Shown here: piece by piece, positions 18,123 through 24,196 of the stretch
Position numbering within the stretch: the first letter of the stretch is position 1
How the letters are laid out: each line of letters starts with the position of its first letter
Source: a virus
Taxonomy: Duplodnaviria > Caudoviricetes
Direction: 5' to 3' (one strand)
Length of the DNA stretch: 24,196 nucleotides
IMG/VR virus record: IMGVR_UViG_3300034418_002124
Coordinates: 1 to 24,196 of that record
The notes under the pieces: generated by a model
Seen by the model: only the letters and a program-made list of their open reading frames with translations
Databases searched by the model: none
What the model was told of the DNA's origin: nothing
Program-made: the position numbers and the translations under genes

Positions 18123-20947
18123 TAGTATAATCCTCCATCGTTGTTACCTACAGAATCTGTTGTACCTGCACTTATTAATGTAGCACCACCATTTACAGTT
18201 CCGTTATTTCCATTGCCGCTTAAATCAGTTACTGTTGTAGCATTGTCCATTTTCCAATATCCTACAAGACCAGAGTTAGATGATTCATCTCCTCCTATAC
18301 CATCATTGTATATTGCTAATACTTCTTCTGCTGATTTGGCTGTGGAGTAAATAGATGTAGAACTTATCTGCCCTGCCCAACTTAATGCACCTGTATTAAT
18401 TGCACCTATAAGTAGTGTTGATGCTCCTGCATATATGGATGATGGCATACTTGAAGCTGTAGATGCTATTTCTACTCCATCTTGAAAAAGTTTGCAAGTA
18501 CCAGAACTAAATGTAACAGCATACTGATGCCATTCATCTATAGTAGATAAAGCACTATCTGATGTTTGTGAACCTATTGTATCCGTTCCATCAGCAGATA
18601 CAGTAAAAATTAATTTTTCATTAGAATCTATAGCAAAAGCATAAGACCTATTATTAGAACCTGTAGATGTGTATTTAGCAACAAGTTCATCATAATCTGA
18701 TGTAGATGTGCTATGCTTTGCCCATGTAATAATAGTAATTTCAGTTGTTTGGTCTAAACTATCATTATCAGCAACTGTTATATAATCATCTACACCATCA
18801 AAATTTAATCCCTTAACTTCACTACTACCATCAAGTGGATAGTACGCAACGATGTCGTTAGTTACTTCTTTTGCAGAAAGGTTAGTAATAAATATTTCTT
18901 GTGAGCCATTTACAGAATCAAAATACAATGAAGATGTACCCGCATTTACAAAATAAATAGTATGTTGTGTGCTTGATGTTGTTAATGCTTGAGTTCCAGA
19001 ATTAACTGCTCCTGTCCACACTCTAACATTAGGTGCAGTACCGCCACTATAATAAGCATTAAATACTACTTTATAAAGTTTACCAGAACTACCTGCAATA
19101 GTTCTTTGTGCCCCACCTGCATTATCAACATGAGTAATTTTTACACCATCAGTAACAGTATCTACATCATTACTTCCGTAAGCACTCCAATTTGTATCAA
19201 CATTAGTAGTAAGTATTTCACTACCCAATGTACTCTTTACATCAGCAGGAATGTTTGAGTATGAAGTAGATTCCATAAGGGATTGGATTTGTGCTTGAGT
19301 TAATATACCTTGCCATATTCCTAATTGAGATATATTACCATCAGTAGTAAAATCTCCTGCTTCACCACCTATATATAAATTATCTGAAGCATCAGATACA
19401 TAAGTACCAGAAGGTGCAGTTACTGTTGTAATAGCAACACTCACTCCATTAATATATATAGTGGGATTATTAGAAGTTGAACTATTATCATAAGAAACAG
19501 CAATATGAATCCACTCATTATATGTTATATCTCTTGATGTAGTAGTCCATTGTCCAAAATTATCCCAACGAACTGCAAATCTTAACTTACAAGTATCCCC
19601 ACTTTCGTCTTTATTGCTTATATGCCATCCAGAAGGTTGAGAACTTCTTTTTACAACATAAAATCCAGTATTTTCACCTATAGAATGACTATTTATCCAT
19701 CCTGTAATTGTTCCTCCACCTGTCCAAATATCATCTAACAAAGAATCTGAACCAACATCAATGTAATCTGTACTTCCGTTAAAACTTGCACTACCATCTC
19801 CAATCGCATCTGCTTGTCCTTCTTTAGCTACATCAACTGCACGAGGTAAGATTGGTGCATTGCCACCATATACTGATGTGGTAGTTGTTGCTCCTGTAAC
19901 TACACCTGTGTTTGATACTTCTTGAAGAACAATATCTGTTATAGTTCCTCTAAATCCCGTAGAACGCATAACAAGAAGATTTGCAGAACCTGCAACTAAA
20001 TATTGCTCGTGAGAACCAACAGTAGTTGGTATGCCACCTGTAAAAGCTGAACTACCACCGCTGTGAGCCAGACCACTTCCTGTTTGAGTGAGTACAGTAT
20101 ATGTAAGTCTATAAAGTTTTCCTTGAGCTATACCGCTAATATTAAAAAAAGCATATCCATTTTTTACAAATTCTAAAATATTATTTGTATAGTTATTACC
20201 TAATCCTGTAATGCTATCAAAACTTTTAACATCGCTACTTAATATTTCTCCTGTTTCAGATTCTATTAATCCGCTACTTACACTATTGTCAGTTACTTTT
20301 TGTACATCGTCTAATGCCCACCATGCTACTAAACTTGTTTTTTCTACACCCTTTAGTTGGCTATAGGATTTGTTCATTATGGATTGGACTTCTTCTTGCG
20401 TTAATGCCCTTGACCACATAGCAACATTAGCAAGTTTACCTTTAAAACCTTTACCACTTGAAAATTCAGCATTGCCTATTTCAAAATTTTCTGATGGATT
20501 TACTATTGTGCCTGTATCTGCATCTGTATCTCCTAATACACCATCTTTGTATACTTTTCTATTTACACCATCAAAAGTACCTACTATATGAACCCAAGTT
20601 TTATCTGGTATTGACACATTTGAATTATTACCATTAACATACCATAAAACACTACTCCCACTACAATAAAGCATTGCTCCATTACTACTCCACCTACCTG
20701 CTATTGTATCGTCTGTTGTTCCATCTCTATAAACCCAAGCTGATAAAGTAATACTTTGCCCACTTACATCTATTTGACCACAATCAATTCTATCACCACT
20801 ACCATCAAACTCTGTTGAACCTTCTGATGGGAACTTTAGCGTGTCTGACTTTTTAGAATTAAAGTCGAGGTATAGTTTAAGGTTGTCCTTAACAAAGGTT
20901 AAAAGGGATGCACCACCTTTGACTAAACTACTAGATAATCCTAGCAT
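18122..20947 (-). CDS. Multi-LamG fibre/spike protein with MLGL N-terminal anchor (941 aa)
   Basis: Three LamG modules (ITLSAWV...WVHIVGTFDG; WIHIAVSYD; WHQYAVTF...GLVGYWKMD) and two K/QEV-terminated beta-sandwich inserts. Starts MLGLSSSL. Confidence 0.85.
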   Translation of the reverse strand: MLGLSSSLVKGGASLLTFVKDNLKLYLDFNSKKSDTLKFPSEGSTEFDGSGDRIDCGQIDVSGQSITLSAWVYRDGTTDDTIAGRWSSNGAMLYCSGSSVLWYVNGNNSNVSIPDKTWVHIVGTFDGVNRKVYKDGVLGDTDADTGTIVNPSENFEIGNAEFSSGKGFKGKLANVAMWSRALTQEEVQSIMNKSYSQLKGVEKTSLVAWWALDDVQKVTDNSVSSGLIESETGEILSSDVKSFDSITGLGNNYTNNILEFVKNGYAFFNISGIAQGKLYRLTYTVLTQTGSGLAHSGGSSAFTGGIPTTVGSHEQYLVAGSANLLVMRSTGFRGTITDIVLQEVSNTGVVTGATTTTSVYGGNAPILPRAVDVAKEGQADAIGDGSASFNGSTDYIDVGSDSLLDDIWTGGGTITGWINSHSIGENTGFYVVKRSSQPSGWHISNKDESGDTCKLRFAVRWDNFGQWTTTSRDITYNEWIHIAVSYDNSSTSNNPTIYINGVSVAITTVTAPSGTYVSDASDNLYIGGEAGDFTTDGNISQLGIWQGILTQAQIQSLMESTSYSNIPADVKSTLGSEILTTNVDTNWSAYGSNDVDTVTDGVKITHVDNAGGAQRTIAGSSGKLYKVVFNAYYSGGTAPNVRVWTGAVNSGTQALTTSSTQHTIYFVNAGTSSLYFDSVNGSQEIFITNLSAKEVTNDIVAYYPLDGSSEVKGLNFDGVDDYITVADNDSLDQTTEITIITWAKHSTSTSDYDELVAKYTSTGSNNRSYAFAIDSNEKLIFTVSADGTDTIGSQTSDSALSTIDEWHQYAVTFSSGTCKLFQDGVEIASTASSMPSSIYAGASTLLIGAINTGALSWAGQISSTSIYSTAKSAEEVLAIYNDGIGGDESSNSGLVGYWKMDNATTVTDLSGNGNNGTVNGGATLISAGTTDSVGNNDGGLY

Positions 20948-20948
20948 G

Positions 20949-21248
20949 TTAGCCTAAATATGCTACAACTGAACCACTAGCTAAAGTAAATCCAGTCCAT
21001 CTACCAAAAATTGTAACACCTTGTGGAAATGTATTCCCAGAGTCTACAGCATCTCCATTACCACCTGATGTTCCTATATAATCAGAACTTTCTGGTAATA
21101 AAGCACTAAAAGTAGCGTCTTCTAAAAATTGAATAGCTACAATACTTTTGCCTGTAATTGCATCTGTACCATCCTCAAGCAAGCAACCAGCTTGTCCTAA
21201 TGCTACATTGTTAGACTCATTAACTGAATATTTATGTAAATCTGCCAT
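20949..21248 (-). CDS. Putative head spike base protein (99 aa)
   Basis: Small all-beta protein (IVAIQFLEDATF...TFPQGVTIFGRWTGFTLASGSVVAY) immediately before an MLGL-starting fibre. AGGAG RBS at 21256-21260. Confidence 0.55.
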   Translation of the reverse strand: MADLHKYSVNESNNVALGQAGCLLEDGTDAITGKSIVAIQFLEDATFSALLPESSDYIGTSGGNGDAVDSGNTFPQGVTIFGRWTGFTLASGSVVAYLG

Positions 21249-21264
21249 TTTGTTTCTCCTATCT

Positions 21265-21300
21265 TATGCCTTACCGAGCGTGACAATTCTCATGGGCATA
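21265..21300 (-). promoter_or_regulatory. Intergenic RNA stem-loop with internal loop, just upstream of an RBS
   Basis: Minus strand reads TATGCC-CA-TGAG-aattgtcacg-CTCG-GTAA-GGCATA. No U-tract follows, and AGGAG lies 4 nt downstream. Confidence 0.55.
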
Positions 21301-21304
21301 TTGG

Positions 21305-21736
21305 TTATCTAAAATCTGCTGGCACTATAGATCTTGTACCGCCAGTCTTATCTCTTTTCTTTGAGCCAAATCTTCTTATGGCTTCATCAAAATTTTTCTG
21401 ATGCATATTTGCAAGTTGTATTGATGCAGCTGATACATTAGGGTCTTGAGCTTGACTAGCTCTATCCATGTATAAACACTTCTTAACATAATCAACTACT
21501 GCACTATGCATTGTGTTATCTATATCTAAAGAATCTGTTATTGCACTTACACTATTAGGTTCTCCATAATAATGTATTAATAATCCATCAGTAACTGATT
21601 CTGCTATAGCTTGAAACTTCTTTCTATGAGAGCTTCTATTGTCTCCATTACTATCAACGCTAGTTACTAAACAAAGTTTATCTCCCTCGATAAACCATCT
21701 AGCAACGCTCTCTGGATATTTTATATTACTAGCCAT
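21305..21736 (-). CDS. Head-tail adaptor-like protein, C-terminal half (143 aa)
   Basis: WFIEGDKL...GLLIHYYGEP...LDIDNTMHSAVVDYV matches the C-terminal pattern of podoviral adaptor/tubular-A-like proteins. Confidence 0.55.
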   Translation of the reverse strand: MASNIKYPESVARWFIEGDKLCLVTSVDSNGDNRSSHRKKFQAIAESVTDGLLIHYYGEPNSVSAITDSLDIDNTMHSAVVDYVKKCLYMDRASQAQDPNVSAASIQLANMHQKNFDEAIRRFGSKKRDKTGGTRSIVPADFR

Positions 21737-21737
21737 A

Positions 21738-22409
21738 TTAATCTGGCCTTTCTACTGCTGATTCATAAGTATATCTAACTTTATTAACAGTCCATGTTGC
21801 TTTCTCACCATTACCGGGAGAGGTAAAAATTACGTAATCACCAACTTTATATCCTAAAGAAGCTGTTGTAACAGCAGTTAATTTTGGATGACCACTTGAA
21901 TTAGTTGTAATTGTTACTCTAAGTGTATTTGCTCCACTACCAGTTGTACTATGAGGTGCAACATCTGTATGAGTTTGATTAGCAGTCCAAGTTCCAGTAT
22001 ATGTATTTGGAACTCCACCAGCTCCAGATAATGTAGTAATAGCAGTACTAGTATTCGGAGTAAACGACAATACTTCTCCTGTGTCTTCAAATGAATCCAT
22101 TAGTAAAATATTATCATCAACTAACCTAGGTATGCGTATATAATCGCCTTCGTTATCCATTAGGTCAACTCTAAAAATTTTATTTGCTTCTAATTTATTT
22201 GTAGAAGAATCTGATGCCCCATCTCCTATATCATACCACATTTGATTAGCAACTGTACTAATTCTTGATTGTACTGATTTAGTATCATACATACCTATTT
22301 GTACAAGAGCATCATTAATTAAAGTCATGATATACTTTTCTGGTGCTCCCGGAAAGTTTTCACGAACTCTACTAATTAATTGCTTTACTGTTATGCCATG
22401 AACTGCCAT
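21738..22409 (-). CDS. Head-tail adaptor-like protein, N-terminal half, with Thr/Gly-rich inserted domain (223 aa)
   Basis: TVKQLISRVR...YIMTLINDAL...STVANQMWYDI is the adaptor N-terminal helix pair plus beta pattern. A later insert contains LGYKVGDYVIF. Confidence 0.55.
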   Translation of the reverse strand: MAVHGITVKQLISRVRENFPGAPEKYIMTLINDALVQIGMYDTKSVQSRISTVANQMWYDIGDGASDSSTNKLEANKIFRVDLMDNEGDYIRIPRLVDDNILLMDSFEDTGEVLSFTPNTSTAITTLSGAGGVPNTYTGTWTANQTHTDVAPHSTTGSGANTLRVTITTNSSGHPKLTAVTTASLGYKVGDYVIFTSPGNGEKATWTVNKVRYTYESAVERPD

Positions 22410-22410
22410 A

Positions 22411-23013
22411 TTATAAACTTTCTATCTCTCTTTTATAATCGTCTTTTAACTGAGCTAATATTGGTATTATTAACTCAACATCTTGGTCGTGAGCTAACAT
22501 ATACTCTGAAGCTTTTATGCAAGCTAATAAGACTACTGCTCTCTCTGCTTCATCTGGAAATGTAGCTATAGTTGTATCGTCATAAGATATAGTCGGAAAC
22601 TGAACTTCAGAATACTTGCAAGCTCCAGAAGCAGGTAATACATCTACCTTATTATTTTCTACAAAAAATACAGGGTCTGTAGCTGTTGCTTGATTAATAT
22701 CATCAGCATCAGAATACCTACCTTTTTGATTTGCCTCTATTCTCCTGCAAGGTTGTTCTATGCTACCATCATTTCTTGTTATATGTAAGATATGGCCAGT
22801 ATTTAAATCACTAGGAGTACCAGATGTAAATGATACCTCAGATGCACATAAATGAAGAAGTCTTTTAGGAAGCATGTTTATAACTTCCTTTGCAGAATCC
22901 TTTAACCATTGATCTGTTAAAATTCTGTAAGTTTCTCCAGTAGCAGTACTGTCTGAGCTATCGGCGTCAAACCCAGTTAATGCATGTATTTCTTGTGAAA
23001 AGTTCCAAGCCAT
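22411..23013 (-). CDS. Head-tail adaptor/connector-like protein (200 aa)
   Basis: QWLKDSAKEVINMLP...DPVFFVENNKVDVLP...FPDEAERAVVLLA...LKDDYKREI; positioned after the capsid genes. Confidence 0.6.
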   Translation of the reverse strand: MAWNFSQEIHALTGFDADSSDSTATGETYRILTDQWLKDSAKEVINMLPKRLLHLCASEVSFTSGTPSDLNTGHILHITRNDGSIEQPCRRIEANQKGRYSDADDINQATATDPVFFVENNKVDVLPASGACKYSEVQFPTISYDDTTIATFPDEAERAVVLLACIKASEYMLAHDQDVELIIPILAQLKDDYKREIESL

Positions 23014-23016
23014 TTA

Positions 23017-23112
23017 TTACTTCTTTTTCTTTTTCATCTTTTTGCTAGATGCTTTTTTCTTTTTAGGCGGTCTGCCTTTTTTACTTCCGTATGTACCCTT
23101 ACCGTATGGCAT
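23017..23112 (-). CDS. 31-aa Lys-rich micro-protein with AT-hook-like GRP motif (absent from ORF track)
   Basis: MPYGKGTYGSKKGRPPKKKKASSKKMKKKKK*. AAGGAG upstream and tandem TAA stops directly before the next ATG. Confidence 0.75.
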   Translation of the reverse strand: MPYGKGTYGSKKGRPPKKKKASSKKMKKKKK

Positions 23113-23338
23113 TTACTTTCTCCTTCCAAAAGTTTTTTTGTTTAGCTTCTCTTTGTGCTACCTCACTAGCTACATGGTCATCTAAACTTATTGTATTAAA
23201 TTCTATATCGCTTCTCTTACCCTGCTCGCTCATCATAAACATATTAGTTGTAAACAATGGAGCTGATGCTCTTTTACCACAAGCTTTACAATAAAACCAG
23301 TTATCTTTATTTGGTGTGTTACAATGTATACAATTCAT
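23099..23338 (-). CDS. Zinc-ribbon protein (79 aa)
   Basis: MNCIHCNTPNKDNWFYCKACGK (CxxC-x10-CxxC). ATG 23338 is preferred over GTG 23374, which lies inside a hairpin. Confidence 0.7.
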   Translation of the reverse strand: MNCIHCNTPNKDNWFYCKACGKRASAPLFTTNMFMMSEQGKRSDIEFNTISLDDHVASEVAQREAKQKNFWKEKVNAIR

Positions 23339-23339
23339 A

Positions 23340-23374
23340 TTCAAAATAGTGGGGACATCATAAGACATCCCCAC
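23340..23374 (-). terminator. Probable intrinsic terminator/attenuator after the capsid genes
   Basis: GTGGGGATGTC-TTAT-GATGTCCCCAC forms an 11-bp stem with two G-U pairs, followed by TATTTT. This is the typical position after highly expressed capsid genes. Confidence 0.65.
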
Positions 23375-23388
23375 ATATCCTTTATTTG

Positions 23389-23670
23389 TTAGTCAGCAGA
23401 TTTAGCACCAACATCGCCAAAATACATGACTGTTAGGTCATCATTAGCGGCTGCAGCTGCACCTAAGGTAACTGTAATTACACTACCAGAAACTGAACAA
23501 CTTTCAACGTAAGTTCCGTTTGTATTTGTGTTTCCAAGGCATGCAATTGCGTAACCATCCGCAGGTGCGTCTGATGGTATATCAACTGTTTGAGAAGCAG
23601 AAGCTCCACAATTATGGTCAATTGTGTAGATTCCACCACCTATGTTTTTTTCTAGTACATTAGCTCTCAT
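23389..23670 (-). CDS. Putative capsid decoration/auxiliary protein (93 aa)
   Basis: Small beta-rich protein 2 nt after the capsid stop, with an AAGGAG RBS inside the capsid 3' end, and upstream of the terminator. Confidence 0.5.
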   Translation of the reverse strand: MRANVLEKNIGGGIYTIDHNCGASASQTVDIPSDAPADGYAIACLGNTNTNGTYVESCSVSGSVITVTLGAAAAANDDLTVMYFGDVGAKSAD

Positions 23671-23672
23671 GA

Positions 23673-24194
23673 TTAAACTCCTTGTAAGTGAATTAACATA
23701 TGGCTTTCAGGAAGTGATACTTCTAATCCAGCTTCAGTTAAAATCATATCTTTACGTAAGTCTTCATCAGCTGCTTGAACGTTAGTCATAATTTGAGTGT
23801 CTCTGTTAACACCATTACCGACTAATGGTCTGTAAGCAACATTGTCCATATCAACTAAGCACAAGAAGCCAGAAGCAAATCCTCTGAATAGAGGCTCCTT
23901 AACTAAATTCATTGTACCGTGAATTGTTTCAATCTGTAAGACTTGATGTCCAAAAGAACCTTGAGATTTTTCTATATTATATCTAAGCTCGTTGTTTATT
24001 GAACCGTCAAGAAAGCTATTAGAATCCATCTTGTTAAAGAAAGTAATTACAGGTAAACTAGCCAAAGCTAATTTAGAACCTGAGTTACCTCTTGCTGGGT
24101 CATAAAGAACTTCAAAATCACTTAAGATTCTATCATAAGTAAGTTGAGCTCTTGTTGCACTCCTAAAGTAAGGAGAGCCAGCTGAGTAAGCTAG
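23673..24194 (-). CDS. Major capsid protein, C-terminal part (HK97-fold, SU10/DUF5309-like), 5' end beyond the window
   Basis: Frame is open to the window edge (LAYSAGSPYFRS...). Motifs FGHQVLQIETIHGTMNLVKEPLF, VDMDNVAYRPL and DLRKDMILTEAGLEVSLPESH. Confidence 0.85.
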   Translation of the reverse strand, partial: LAYSAGSPYFRSATRAQLTYDRILSDFEVLYDPARGNSGSKLALASLPVITFFNKMDSNSFLDGSINNELRYNIEKSQGSFGHQVLQIETIHGTMNLVKEPLFRGFASGFLCLVDMDNVAYRPLVGNGVNRDTQIMTNVQAADEDLRKDMILTEAGLEVSLPESHMLIHLQGV

Positions 24195-24196
24195 GT

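Larger units (their letters stand above)
1..24196 (-). mobile_element. Bacteriophage morphogenesis and lysis module (Caudoviricetes, podovirus-like)
   Basis: Capsid, adaptor, fibre, endolysin, nozzle and core genes on one strand. No housekeeping genes, and no tape-measure, tube or sheath gene recognised. Confidence 0.93.

Noticed and set aside
14649-20947. Diversity-generating retroelement acting on the fibres
   Set aside because: No reverse transcriptase and no long template/variable repeat pair differing at adenines was seen. The repeats are short and explained by domain paralogy.
855-23294. All plus-strand ORFs in the track (855, 1491, 12809, 13955, 14178, 14463, 17460, 18141, 18989, 20370, 22380, 23091)
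   Set aside because: They are short, antisense to well-supported minus-strand genes, and have no recognisable motifs.
23660-23690. Capsid C-terminal extension by readthrough or frameshift into the 93-aa gene
   Set aside because: The next gene is out of frame (TAA-TC-ATG), has its own AAGGAG RBS, and no phased slippery heptamer was seen.
23673-24065. 130-aa ORF starting at 24065 as given in the track
   Set aside because: The frame is open to the window edge, so this is a truncated capsid gene and the TTG start is an artefact.
1-24196. Stop-codon reassignment
   Set aside because: Genes are long and contiguous in the standard code. TAG (7892, 12806, 14114) and TGA (13633) end genes at sensible boundaries.
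1-24196. CRISPR array, tRNA, integrase or att site
   Set aside because: No spaced repeats or cloverleaf were seen, intergenic gaps are too short, and no recombinase is present. Lifestyle cannot be determined from this window.

Overview
AT-rich fragment of a tailed dsDNA bacteriophage, probably podovirus-like and probably marine. All credible genes are on the minus strand, tightly packed, and often coupled by TAATG/ATGA overlaps. In transcription order (right to left) it holds: the C-terminus of the major capsid protein; a small capsid-associated protein; a terminator-like hairpin; zinc-ribbon and basic micro-ORFs; head-tail adaptor-like genes; a spike-base-like gene followed by two large LamG/carbohydrate-binding fibre proteins; a HeH/LEM-containing fibre-associated protein; a phage-encoded type IV pilin/pseudopilin-like gene; a lysis region (several small membrane proteins and an M15 peptidase endolysin); a split tail nozzle/stabilisation protein; and four putative internal virion (ejection) proteins, the last running off the left edge. 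Six ORFs missing from the supplied track were read by hand. Highlights are the pilin mimic, a candidate -1 frameshift (G GGA AAG / T TTA AAC), three apparently split structural proteins, nested LamG cassettes, a candidate cis-regulatory RNA hairpin, and strong codon-level avoidance of CCWGG and GATC. Family assignments come from motif recognition and gene order, not from database searches.
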